Below are positions 28,323 to 37,697 of a stretch of 64,000 nt of DNA, in pieces. The position numbers were made by a program, and so were the translations under genes. The stretch lies in NCBI GenBank assembly GCA_035482295.1, contig DATHQX010000222.1, positions 24,911 through 88,910 of the forward strand, written 5' to 3'. The notes below the pieces were generated by a model. The model made no database searches. It saw only the letters and a program-made list of their open reading frames with translations, and had not been told where the DNA came from. Numbering within the stretch: the stretch's first letter is position 1; the number at the start of each line of letters is the position of its first letter. The DNA comes from Verrucomicrobiia bacterium (GTDB taxonomy: Bacteria > Acidobacteriota > Terriglobia > Terriglobales > Acidobacteriaceae).

Positions 28323-28999
28323 GCAGCGTTCGAATAGAAGGACGGCTACCGAGGGGCGGGAGGTGGGTCGCGTTCTTTGGGCCTGACGGGGTCGGCAAGT
28401 CAGCCGTGATCGAGCGCTTGCAACAGACCTATAAACCCGCAGTCAGCGACACGCGCTGTTTTCACTTTCGACCTCACTTTCGTACACGTGGGGTTAATCG
28501 TCCACCAGTCTTGCAACCGCACTCGAACCCACCCCGTGGATTGTTGATATCGCTTTGTAAGTTGTTTTACTGGCTGGCGGACTGCTGGTTTGGCTACCTG
28601 GCGGCGGTCAGGCCCGTCCGAAGGCGATCGGGGCTGCTGTTGTTCGACCGATACTACCCGGATGTACTCGTGGATCCTGTGCGTTACCGGTTGCCAGAGC
28701 GGTCCCTACGATTTGCTCGATGGCTGATGGCGTTTACGCCTCAGCCTGACCTCTACATCCTGCTGGATGCGCCGGCCGACGTTGTCCAACGTCGCAAGGC
28801 GGAACTGACGTCTGACGAAGTACGGCGTCAGCGCGTTGCCTACCTTCGACTTTTTCAGAGTTTCAGCTCCCGATTGATCGTCAATGCCGAGCGCCCCGTC
28901 AACGAAGTTGCGCAGCGTATAGCTCTAGCTTTGTCTGACTGCGACGCTATACCTGTCGTGGTACCCGTCGAGCCTGTTTCGTGCCAGCCTTTGAAGTGA
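28313..28999 (+). CDS. P-loop kinase-like protein (thymidylate-kinase / dNK fold), function unknown
   Basis: Walker A FFGPDGVGKS, hydrophobic-strand-Asp LLLFDRY, and a LID-like LLDAPADVVQRRKAEL. The only in-frame start before the P-loop is TTG 28313, which overlaps the wza-like stop by 10 nt. Confidence 0.6.
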   Translation: MAISSVRIEGRLPRGGRWVAFFGPDGVGKSAVIERLQQTYKPAVSDTRCFHFRPHFRTRGVNRPPVLQPHSNPPRGLLISLCKLFYWLADCWFGYLAAVRPVRRRSGLLLFDRYYPDVLVDPVRYRLPERSLRFARWLMAFTPQPDLYILLDAPADVVQRRKAELTSDEVRRQRVAYLRLFQSFSSRLIVNAERPVNEVAQRIALALSDCDAIPVVVPVEPVSCQPLK

Positions 29000-31371
29000 T
29001 CCAAAAAATATTTTGTACATTGCCGCAGAGCCGGACTCGTAATCTACCGGCAACCCTCTTCGTGGTCTCCGGACCGGCGGGCCCACGATGGATCTTGCCG
29101 GCAGGACCAAACCTCAATCCGGTTTTGGCCAACTGGTCTCCCTATGGGATTAACTCACAGATCCTTTGGCGGGGGGTTCAGGTAGCCCAACGGGTGGGTC
29201 TGATGCGTTGGCTGCCCCGGGTCCAACGAGTGCATCTCGGCGATTTGTTGGGGATCGACTGGCAAGCTCTGGGCTGGAAAGGCAGTGCCCCACCGGTGCC
29301 CGTTATCTACGTTGGAACTCCCGGACCGCAACGGAAAGCTGCGATTCATCTCGTCGATCCGGCGAGTGGCGACTGCCCCATGGTGGTGAAGGTCCCTTTG
29401 CAACTCGCTGCCCAGACAGCAATCCTTCGCGAAGCTGCGGTGCTGACCGTCCTGGCCGAGGAACCCGACATCGCCGCACCGCAGCTGATTCACGTCGACG
29501 AGCAGCGCGCCGTCGCCACTCAAAGGTTTGTAACAGGCCGTCCGGGTAGTCGCCGCCTTCTGCCTGACTACCAGAATCTATTGCGTTCGCTGGTACTTTT
29601 GGACGAACACACCACGCTGGCCGGACAAGCGGAAAGTTGGCAATACCATCCTCTGTGGGACTACATGGAAGCCGCCGACTTCAACTTGTTGGCAGCTGCT
29701 CTGGCTGAGCAGGCGGATACGCGGAGCTTGCCGTCGTTTTGGGTTCATGGAGACTTTGCGCCGTGGAATATCCGTCATCGTCGTGGCCTCACTCCCGCTC
29801 TCATCGACTGGGAACAGGGACAGCGCGGCGGACTGCCTCTGCAGGATGCCTTTCACTTTCTACATATCCAAGATTTCCTGTTCCGAGAGCGAGCAAGGGC
29901 TCACTTCAAGGCGTTGGAGCCACTTGCGCAAAGCTTGGGTATCTCGTCAGAGATGTGCACGAAGCTGGAGATTGCTTACCTGTCTCGCAGCTACTTCACT
30001 TGCATGGAGTGGGGCGACCGTCGACGCGCTGACTACCTGCTGAAAAGTTTAAAGGCGCTCTTACCGGAATGTGGCCGCTCCTCCGCTTACCAGACACCAA
30101 AGCAAAACCACCGTCTACACCTCGTGACATCTAGAGCCAGCAACTACGGCGCCGTACGCGGAGAGCTGTTCTCGTGCCTGATTGCCGAGCTGAATCGTTC
30201 TGGCATTCCCTATTGCATTCTTAGCGGATATCTAAACGCGAGCGCGATCAATGCTTCCGACATTGATGTCACGTTCTGCCCCCGCGATCTCCACCGCGTT
30301 CCGGAATTGCTGGCGCGATGCGCTGCTTCTGCCGGAGCCCACCTAGTTCAATCGCTTCGCCACGAGACGTCCGCTTGTTACTTTGTCTTGGCGAAAACCC
30401 AAGGCAAGCACATCACCCACCTCGCCGTCGATTGCTACGGCGATTACCGACGTAAAGGTCGCTCTTGGCTAAAAGCCGACGATTTGCTGACGCGACGTCG
30501 TCCTTTCGACGGATTTTATCTTCCGAGCATTGGAGACGAGTTCACCTACCGCCTAGTTAAATTAGTTCTAAAACAATCGCTGAACCAAATCCATCTGAAG
30601 CATCTGCAACATTTGTTTGCACGCGACGCCGCTGCTTGCCAGCAGGCGATGGCCACCTTCTGGCCAGCCACCGCTGCCCAGATAGAAAAAGCAGTCGTCG
30701 AACAAGATTTTGATGGGTTACGCCGGCAATTGCGCGGTCTGGCGAAACAAGCGTGGCGATCGAAAAATGCCGACAACTTCTTACGCCGCACGATTCAGGG
30801 CATCCGGGAGATAGGCCGCGTCGTCCGTCGGATTCTCCTCCCCACAGGTATGCACGTCCGGGTTTCCGGAGATAGCCCCGGCCCGCTCCAGGAAGTGGCC
30901 GATCGAATCCTCTGCAGCCTTGAACCGGCATTTCGGCGTTCGACCAAAATGGTTTTTCCCAACTCTGTCAGGGGATTGTTAGCTGCAGTGCTGCACACAT
31001 CGATAGACCGGATGCGATCTACCGTGATTGTCGAAACCGTCGAGAGCGGATCCGGTATTCCACCGCAGGGGGTGTTTGCACAGTTTTATTTGAGACTATT
31101 CTCGCGACCTGACCTGACCCTCAATGTCCGCTCCGAGCGTAGCGTAGACAAAAGTACAGCTCCGGAAGACCGCACGGGAATCCATCGCCAAGTCACTCTG
31201 GATTCCGGACAAAGCCCCGAAGCTATGGCCGAGCAGGTCAACCTGGTAATAGTGGATTGGCTGGAAGCGCGCACGAGGAAACGCCTGCACCTGCGGGCAA
31301 CGACAATACAGCCATTGCCGAGATCCTTTGCACAGTCGGCCGGCAATTGCGATTCTGCGGGACTGGATTGA
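28981..31371 (+). CDS. Multidomain protein: APH/WaaP-type kinase-like domain, NTase-fold-like middle region and a degenerate P-loop-kinase-like C-terminal domain
   Basis: Kinase hallmarks MVVKVPL (Lys), ILREAAV (Glu), WVHGDFAPWN (HxDxxxxN, nt 29746) and LIDWE (nt 29803). The middle region GIPYCILSGYLNASAINASDIDVTF is pol-beta NTase-like. The C-terminus (aa ~620-765) aligns by eye to the upstream P-loop protein but has VSGDSPGP in place of Walker A. Alternative start GTG 28996 (GTGA overlap). The stop overlaps the next ATG (TGATG). Confidence 0.6.
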   Translation: MPAFEVIQKIFCTLPQSRTRNLPATLFVVSGPAGPRWILPAGPNLNPVLANWSPYGINSQILWRGVQVAQRVGLMRWLPRVQRVHLGDLLGIDWQALGWKGSAPPVPVIYVGTPGPQRKAAIHLVDPASGDCPMVVKVPLQLAAQTAILREAAVLTVLAEEPDIAAPQLIHVDEQRAVATQRFVTGRPGSRRLLPDYQNLLRSLVLLDEHTTLAGQAESWQYHPLWDYMEAADFNLLAAALAEQADTRSLPSFWVHGDFAPWNIRHRRGLTPALIDWEQGQRGGLPLQDAFHFLHIQDFLFRERARAHFKALEPLAQSLGISSEMCTKLEIAYLSRSYFTCMEWGDRRRADYLLKSLKALLPECGRSSAYQTPKQNHRLHLVTSRASNYGAVRGELFSCLIAELNRSGIPYCILSGYLNASAINASDIDVTFCPRDLHRVPELLARCAASAGAHLVQSLRHETSACYFVLAKTQGKHITHLAVDCYGDYRRKGRSWLKADDLLTRRRPFDGFYLPSIGDEFTYRLVKLVLKQSLNQIHLKHLQHLFARDAAACQQAMATFWPATAAQIEKAVVEQDFDGLRRQLRGLAKQAWRSKNADNFLRRTIQGIREIGRVVRRILLPTGMHVRVSGDSPGPLQEVADRILCSLEPAFRRSTKMVFPNSVRGLLAAVLHTSIDRMRSTVIVETVESGSGIPPQGVFAQFYLRLFSRPDLTLNVRSERSVDKSTAPEDRTGIHRQVTLDSGQSPEAMAEQVNLVIVDWLEARTRKRLHLRATTIQPLPRSFAQSAGNCDSAGLD

Positions 31372-32603
31372 TGGCAAGAGTTCTGCTGTCCGCTTATGCG
31401 TGCGAACCGGGGCGCGGATCAGAACCCGGAGTCGGCTGGAACTGGGCGACCGAGTTAGCCGAGCTTGGACATCACGTCACGGTAATTACTCGTGCCGATA
31501 ATCGAACGATGATCGAATCTCATTTCTTGCCGCCGAACCTGACATTCGTCTACTTTGACCTGCCCCGCTGGGTCCAGCGGTGGCGTGCCGGCCTTCGTGC
31601 GAAGGCTGCCTACTATGTGCTTTGGCAATGGTTCGCTGTCAGACACATCCGGCGGCTGTTTCCCTCGCCGCCATTTGATGTGGTCCACCACATCACTTAT
31701 GTCAGCGCACGGTATCCCAGCTTCATGGGATCCTTGGGCATACCGTTTTGGTTCGGTCCGGTCTCCGGTGGCGAAGCGGTCCCCCGTCCCCTTCGTTCCG
31801 GATTCTCGGCCAAGCAACGATTCAGGGAGTGGCTACGCGATGTCTCGAATTCCATGCTGCGCTTCGATCCGTTGGTGCGCAGAACCTTCCATCGTGCCTC
31901 GCGCATTCTGGTGACTCGAGATACAAGGCCGCTTCTCCCATCGAGTTGCCTAAGTAAGACTGATGTCCACTTGGCCGTCGGTCTGCCGGACGCGGAGTTG
32001 ACCTCCATGTCCAGGCTCTCGACGAATCAACCCTCTGAACTTCGCATGCTTTACATCGGACGCCTGCTGGAATGGAAGGGGGTTGACATTGCGTTGCTCG
32101 CGATGAGCCAAATTATCAAGGCGCGGCCTGACGTCCGGTTTACTATCATCGGTCAAGGTCCCGCTCGTTCCAGGCTGGAGAATCTATGCAGCGACCTTCA
32201 TCTGCAGGCCGTCGTGCATTGGATCGGATGGCAGCCGCAGCGGACCCTCGATGAACACTATTCCACATCAAACCTCCTGCTCTTTCCCAGCTTGCGCGAT
32301 TCCGGGGGAAGCGTAGTGCTCGAGGCCCTGGCACACGGTCTTCCTGTCTTGTGTACTGATCTTGGCGGTCCTGGAATCATCGTCGATGCCACATGCGGCC
32401 GAGTGTTGCCCACCGCTGGACGCGAACGAACAATTCTCTCCCTGGACATGGCCGACGCTGTGATCGAAGTTGTCTCCACACCCAACCTCCTGAAGTCCCT
32501 TTCTTATGGGGCTCGGGTTCGAGCACGGCAATTCAAATTCCGGGACTTGGCAGAAGCGGTTTACGCCGATCTTCTCCCGATGAAAGCACCCCAACAAGCG
32601 TGA
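31371..32603 (+). CDS. Glycosyltransferase family 4 (GT-B)
   Basis: MARVLLSAYACEPGRGSEPGVGWNWA... N-terminus and a C-terminal E-x7-E-like region (FPSLRDSGGSVVLEALAHGLPVLCTDLGGP). Confidence 0.85.
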   Translation: MARVLLSAYACEPGRGSEPGVGWNWATELAELGHHVTVITRADNRTMIESHFLPPNLTFVYFDLPRWVQRWRAGLRAKAAYYVLWQWFAVRHIRRLFPSPPFDVVHHITYVSARYPSFMGSLGIPFWFGPVSGGEAVPRPLRSGFSAKQRFREWLRDVSNSMLRFDPLVRRTFHRASRILVTRDTRPLLPSSCLSKTDVHLAVGLPDAELTSMSRLSTNQPSELRMLYIGRLLEWKGVDIALLAMSQIIKARPDVRFTIIGQGPARSRLENLCSDLHLQAVVHWIGWQPQRTLDEHYSTSNLLLFPSLRDSGGSVVLEALAHGLPVLCTDLGGPGIIVDATCGRVLPTAGRERTILSLDMADAVIEVVSTPNLLKSLSYGARVRARQFKFRDLAEAVYADLLPMKAPQQA

Positions 32604-33919
32604 CTACAGTCGCGACTCCATTTCCTGACTTCCTGTGTCCGGACGCGAGGTCATACTCTCGGCTCTTCGCATACCGGCTATGGCAGGCGATCATTCTTAT
32701 CTGTCTGTGGTCGATCGTCTTCCTGCCCGAATTTGCTCGTACGGACGACAACATTGCAAACCTGCTTCCTTACAGGAAAGTAGCAATCGGCTTCCGGTAC
32801 ATCGATCTCTTCGTGATTGTGATGGTCTTTTGCCATGTCGTCTGCCTTGGCTGCCTGCGTCACAGGCACATACATTTTCCCCGGCAACTGCTTGCGCCCG
32901 GGTGGGCGTTCCTGACGACCATTGCTATCGCTATCGCTTACGGAGCTCAACGCGGGGGCAGCAACTTCTTCTTTGACTGGCGCGGTTTGGGGCTGGGGAT
33001 CGGCCTGTTTTTCGTGTGGTCTTTCTGGTTACAGAACCGTGGCGATATCGCCTTTGCGATTCAGATATTCGCAGTCTACGCGGCTTTGCGAGTGGCAGGA
33101 ATCTTCGTACTGTACGCGTTGGGTTATGGCGACAATCTTTTTGGGATCGCCATCCCGGTTTTTGACGGCCCAATCCTGTCTTGCATCGTGTTTACCGGGT
33201 TATTGGCATTGAGTCAGCAGCAAGCCGCACAACGGGTCAAACGGCGACTCCCGTGGATCCTGCTTGCAGGGGCATCCTGTCTCCTAGTCCTGCTGTGCCT
33301 CCGGCGTACATATTGGGGAGAACTGGGAATTGGAGTTTGCATCCTGACACTTCTGCAGACCCGAAACCGTTGGCGAAAGTTTCTGTTCCTGGTTTTGAGC
33401 ATCGCTTTAGCCGCTGGAATCCTCGGCCCCAGCCTCTTGAGTCGTGTGCAAAGCCTGGACCCAACCAGCGACGACAATCAATTCAGCGCTGATAATGCGG
33501 ACCATGTCCACGACATCGCGGACGCGTGGGACCAGATACAGCTTTCGCCGTGGATGGGCATAGGGGTCGGCACCTCGTATTCGACATGGCACATCCGCAG
33601 ATGGAAGCCGGAGTCAGTCATGGTGCATAACGCTCCGCTGCATGTCTGGCTCAAGTACGGTCTGGCGGGGATGCTCTGCTATTTATGGTTTCACATCGCC
33701 TTGCTGCGATGGCTATACCGCCAGACAAAGAGAACTGATCGGGCGACTGCGTTCTTACAGGCGGGATTCGCGTACGTTGTTGCGCAGTTCATCATGACAC
33801 TTGGATTTGCGCCCTGGCCTTATTCTGAGCTCCAACTCACCGTTCTGCTGTCATTTATTTTGGCTGCGTCGATCGTAGCCGCGCGAACATCGGTTGCCGC
33901 AAATTATGGAACTCCCTAG
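32600..33919 (+). CDS. O-antigen polymerase/ligase-family membrane protein (Wzy-like)
   Basis: About 10-12 TM segments with a Wzy_C-like loop (...SYSTWHIRRWKPESVMVHNAPLHVWLKYGLAGML). GTG 32600 overlaps the GT4 stop (GTGA); the upstream part of the ORF lies inside the GT4 gene. Confidence 0.75.
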   Translation: MTTVATPFPDFLCPDARSYSRLFAYRLWQAIILICLWSIVFLPEFARTDDNIANLLPYRKVAIGFRYIDLFVIVMVFCHVVCLGCLRHRHIHFPRQLLAPGWAFLTTIAIAIAYGAQRGGSNFFFDWRGLGLGIGLFFVWSFWLQNRGDIAFAIQIFAVYAALRVAGIFVLYALGYGDNLFGIAIPVFDGPILSCIVFTGLLALSQQQAAQRVKRRLPWILLAGASCLLVLLCLRRTYWGELGIGVCILTLLQTRNRWRKFLFLVLSIALAAGILGPSLLSRVQSLDPTSDDNQFSADNADHVHDIADAWDQIQLSPWMGIGVGTSYSTWHIRRWKPESVMVHNAPLHVWLKYGLAGMLCYLWFHIALLRWLYRQTKRTDRATAFLQAGFAYVVAQFIMTLGFAPWPYSELQLTVLLSFILAASIVAARTSVAANYGTP

Positions 33920-34766
33920 CTTTTCGGTCATTACGCCTTCGTACAACAGCGCTGTGTTCATCGAAGATGCGATCGGTAGTGTCGCGCGGCAAGAAGGCGT
34001 CGACGTCGAACACGTCGTAATCGACGCTGCGTCAAGCGACGGCACTATAGAGATCGTCAAGCGGCATGAGGTGCAATGGATCTCCGAACCCGATCGTGGT
34101 CAATCCGACGCGATTAACAAAGGTTTTCTGCGCGCAAGCGGTGATCTGGTCGGCTGGTTGAACGCGGACGACTACTACCTACCCGAGGGTTTGAGGGCCA
34201 TCGCGCTTGCCGCTCAACAACATCCCGAGGCGGACATCTTTTATGGCGACTGCGTCTTCGTAGACAGCGTTGGTAACATCCTGCGGTCGAAAGTTGAGCA
34301 TGAGTTCGATCGATCAGTGTTAATGCGGTTTGGCTGTTATATTCCCTCCACATCCACCTTCTTCCGGCGGCGTGTCATCGAAGCCGGTCACCTGCTGAAT
34401 TGCGACTACCGTGTGTGTATGGACTTCGAATACTTTGCCCGCCTGGCGCACGCTGGTTTCAAGTTCCAGTACGTTCCCAGGTTCATAGCCGCTTTCCGAT
34501 GGCACGGCGGCAATGTCAGCATCCGAAATATGACCAGGCGCGCACAAGAAAGAGAGATGGTTCAACGATCTTTCGGCGGCACTGATTCTGCCGTGGAATT
34601 CGACTCGTGGACTGCAACTCTCTATCGCGCCAAGCGGCTGCTTCTTAAGGTTTGGAGCGGAAACCTCGATCGCGAACTCCGAATCAGGCAAATGATAGGC
34701 GAGAACACCCGCTGGACCGCCGATCCGACAGGCCGGAAAACGTGCATAAACCTAGCGTCCTGGTGA
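33906..34766 (+). CDS. Glycosyltransferase family 2
   Basis: FSVITPSYNSAVFIEDAIGSVARQEGVDVEHVVIDAASSDGT...NADDYY (DxD-like) is typical GT2. Confidence 0.9.
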   Translation: MELPSFSVITPSYNSAVFIEDAIGSVARQEGVDVEHVVIDAASSDGTIEIVKRHEVQWISEPDRGQSDAINKGFLRASGDLVGWLNADDYYLPEGLRAIALAAQQHPEADIFYGDCVFVDSVGNILRSKVEHEFDRSVLMRFGCYIPSTSTFFRRRVIEAGHLLNCDYRVCMDFEYFARLAHAGFKFQYVPRFIAAFRWHGGNVSIRNMTRRAQEREMVQRSFGGTDSAVEFDSWTATLYRAKRLLLKVWSGNLDRELRIRQMIGENTRWTADPTGRKTCINLASW

Positions 34767-35914
34767 TACACAATCATTATCAGCAGAGCGGTGGCGAAGA
34801 CACCGTGGTTAGGGCCGAAGTTGACCTGCTCCGGCGCGCCGGTCACCGGGTCGTGCTGTACACCCGACAGAATGCCGAGATTGCCCACTACGGTTCGCTG
34901 CGCAAATCTCTTCTGTTTTTCACAACCAGTTGGGCCGGCACGGCGTACTCCGAAATTTGCGCTCTCATCCGTAAGGAAAAACCCGACGTCGCCCATTGCC
35001 ATAACTTTCTGCCTTTGGTGAGCCCTGCCGCCCACTACGCGTGCGGAACAGCAGGCGTTCCCGTGTTGCAAACCCTTCATAACTATCGGCTGCTCTGCCC
35101 TTCGGGTACGTTTTTCCAGAACGGCCAGCGCTGTTCAACTTGCGGCGGCTGCCCGGTGCGCGGCATATTACGTGGGTGTTATCGGCATTCTCACCTGCAG
35201 ACCGGCGCCGTCTCTCTGATGCTGGCCAGCCATGGCGCAATTGGTACGTGGAAGCGCCTGGTCGACGCCTATATTGCTCCCAGCCGGTTCTGCCGTGACA
35301 CCTTCGTACGAGCTGGGTGGTCGCCGGCAAAAATATATTGCAAACCTAATTTTCTGCCGTCTGACCCCGGTCAGCGTCGCGGCAGCGGCGAATATGCTCT
35401 CTTCGTGGGAAGGCTCAGCCCCGAGAAAGGCGTCCTGGAACTGTTCGAGGCCTGGAGGCATCTGTCCGACATTCCGCTCCTTTTCGCGGGTGACGGTCCG
35501 CTCCATGATCAGCTTGGCTGTTTGCTCGCCGCCACAAAATTGCCGATCAAGCTCTTGGGTCGTCTCAGCTCAGAAGACACGATCTCCTGCATCAAAGGGG
35601 CGCGTTTCCTGATTTTCCCGAGCCAGTGGCACGAACCGTTTGGCATGGGACTGCTGGAAGCCGCCGCCTGTGGTGTTCCCGCTATCGCTTCACGAATTGG
35701 AGCGATTCCTGAAGTTGTCGACGACCGCCGCACCGGCTTGCTCTTCGATCCTGACGACTGCGAAGAATTAGCCCAACAGGTTCGCTGGGCCTGGACCCAC
35801 CCCGCCGCAATGGAGGAGATGGGCTTAGCAGCTCGAGCGCGCTACCTGCAGTCTTATACCTCAGAAAAAAACTACCAAAGACTGATGGAGATCTATCACG
35901 CTCTCCTGAACTAG
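34742..35914 (+). CDS. Glycosyltransferase family 4
   Basis: PSVLVIHNHYQQSGGEDTVVRAEVDLLRRAGHRV...; C-terminal FPSQWHEPFGMGLLEAAACGVPAIASRIGAIPEVV. The start is uncertain: GTG 34742 is preferred, and the ORF is open from 34652. Confidence 0.85.
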   Translation: MHKPSVLVIHNHYQQSGGEDTVVRAEVDLLRRAGHRVVLYTRQNAEIAHYGSLRKSLLFFTTSWAGTAYSEICALIRKEKPDVAHCHNFLPLVSPAAHYACGTAGVPVLQTLHNYRLLCPSGTFFQNGQRCSTCGGCPVRGILRGCYRHSHLQTGAVSLMLASHGAIGTWKRLVDAYIAPSRFCRDTFVRAGWSPAKIYCKPNFLPSDPGQRRGSGEYALFVGRLSPEKGVLELFEAWRHLSDIPLLFAGDGPLHDQLGCLLAATKLPIKLLGRLSSEDTISCIKGARFLIFPSQWHEPFGMGLLEAAACGVPAIASRIGAIPEVVDDRRTGLLFDPDDCEELAQQVRWAWTHPAAMEEMGLAARARYLQSYTSEKNYQRLMEIYHALLN

Positions 35915-35938
35915 AGGCATGACGAAATATTCCGATCG

Positions 35939-36631
35939 ATGAAGTGCTTCACCTACCTGGGCCGTGCATTCGTTCTAATGCTGTTGAGCGCACCAATGGC
36001 AAGACCTTGCGCGGCGCAGGCTCAAACAAATCCGGACGATGCCACCACGCCATCTTTCGATGGGCAGAACCTGCCGTCACTTTTTACTTCGGCGGATCGA
36101 CCTGCTTTCGTGGAAGTAGACGGCTTGGTCGACGCACGGACGGAAACCAACGTGTTACAGCTATCGGACATCCGTCCAAACCTTGGCGAGGACGGCAGGG
36201 CCACTCCGGTTGCAAGGCCTGCACTGGCATTTCGAGAGACGAATCAACTTGTCGCCGCGACATCCTGGAGCCCGCGGCGATCGGCACCTGCAACGGTTAT
36301 CACAGTGGAACCAACGCTAGGTTCGACCGCTCCGGGCACTACAACGTCGATCCTGCCAGCGCCATCGCTATCCGGCGCGGCTAACACGGATCAATATCTG
36401 GGGACTGGATTTCTCGGGCCAGACGATTCGGTTCTCCATTCTCGGAAACGCCGCCTGGAAGACGCAAAGCGTCGAAGGCGAACAGCCACTCTGGAAGCTC
36501 AAAACCGTCGCCAGTGCATTGAGCATGGGCTTATAGGATCCGACTGCGGACCAACATTCGAGAGCGCCCTGCCATCGGGCCGGCTCTCTGCCGACGGCGG
36601 TGCGCCAGGTTCGATATCGTTCCAGCACTAA
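35939..36631 (+). CDS. Secreted hypothetical protein (EPS locus)
   Basis: Signal peptide MKCFTYLGRAFVLMLLSAPMARPCAAQA; Ala/Thr/Pro-rich body; basic C-terminal segment RKRRLEDAKRRRR. I recognise no family. Confidence 0.45.
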   Translation: MKCFTYLGRAFVLMLLSAPMARPCAAQAQTNPDDATTPSFDGQNLPSLFTSADRPAFVEVDGLVDARTETNVLQLSDIRPNLGEDGRATPVARPALAFRETNQLVAATSWSPRRSAPATVITVEPTLGSTAPGTTTSILPAPSLSGAANTDQYLGTGFLGPDDSVLHSRKRRLEDAKRRRRTATLEAQNRRQCIEHGLIGSDCGPTFESALPSGRLSADGGAPGSISFQH

Positions 36632-36695
36632 TTGTTTTTAACCGGTAGTTCCCTTTCTCCAATACATCTCCACCGCAAATAAGAGGCCATCATTC

Positions 36696-37697
36696 ATGAA
36701 ATCGAAAACTCGTGTGTTAGTCACCGGAGCAGGCGGCTTCATCGGCCATCATCTCGTAAAGCGCCTCAAGCAGGAAGGCTATTGGGTAAGAGGCGTGGAT
36801 ATTAAGAAACCGGAATTTGAGCCGACCGTTGCGGATGAATTTCAGCTTCTCGATCTGAGATCTATGGAAAACGCCCTTCAGGCAACGGACTCAATCGAGC
36901 TGGTATTTGCACTTGCCGCTGACATGGGTGGGATAGGCTACATCACCGCACTACTGGCTCAAATCGCGCGTAACAATGTCCTCATCAACGCCAATACTCT
37001 GGAAGCAGCCCGAATCAACGGCGTCCGTCGTCTGTTGTATTCTTCTTCGGCCTGCGTTTACGCCGGATACAAACAAAACGTCACTGACCTCACCCCGTTA
37101 AAAGAGGAGGACGCGCATCCTGCCGATCCGGAGCCGGGCTACGGCTGGGAGAAACTGTTCACCGAACAACTCTGCAAGTACTACAAGCACGATTTCGATC
37201 TCGAAATCCGTATCGTCCGTTTCCACAATGTTTACGGGCCTCTTGGTACGTATGAAGGGGGAAAGGAAAAAGCTCCAGCGGCAATCTCCCGCAAAGTTGC
37301 GCTGGTTGCCGATCACGGAGAGATCGAGATCTGGGGCGATGGCCAACAAACCAGATCATTCATGTTTATTTCCGACTGCGTTGAAGGCCTGATGAGACTG
37401 ATGGCCAGTGACTACCGTGAACCCCTGAACCTTGGCACTGAAGAGATGGTTAGCGTGGACCAGCTGGTGGATAAAATCTGCGACGTCGCCGGCAAGCGGC
37501 TTACCAAGCGTCACGAGCTGAATCGTCCCCAGGGGGTGCGCGGACGCAACAGCGACAATTCCCGCTTGCGCCGGGTACTTGGCTGGGAGCCGACCGTTCC
37601 CCTTCGTGATGGGCTTGCAATTACTTATCGCTGGATCGAGGGGGAACTCCAGAAAGCCGGCCGCGTGGAAGCTGCGCAAGTCTATGCCTCCCACTAG
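36696..37697 (+). CDS. NAD-dependent epimerase, GDP-mannose 3,5-epimerase-like (extended SDR)
   Basis: VLVTGAGGFIGHHL; DEFQLLDLRSMEN; LAADMGGIGYI; EAARINGV; SSACVYAGYKQ; YGWEKLFTEQLCKYY; RFHNVYGP.GTYEGGKEKAPAA; WGDGQQTRSF.FI.DCVEG; GVRGRNSDN. These blocks closely track the plant GME sequence as I remember it, including the Cys (SSAC) and Lys (GGKEK) acid/base residues. Confidence 0.8.
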   Translation: MKSKTRVLVTGAGGFIGHHLVKRLKQEGYWVRGVDIKKPEFEPTVADEFQLLDLRSMENALQATDSIELVFALAADMGGIGYITALLAQIARNNVLINANTLEAARINGVRRLLYSSSACVYAGYKQNVTDLTPLKEEDAHPADPEPGYGWEKLFTEQLCKYYKHDFDLEIRIVRFHNVYGPLGTYEGGKEKAPAAISRKVALVADHGEIEIWGDGQQTRSFMFISDCVEGLMRLMASDYREPLNLGTEEMVSVDQLVDKICDVAGKRLTKRHELNRPQGVRGRNSDNSRLRRVLGWEPTVPLRDGLAITYRWIEGELQKAGRVEAAQVYASH

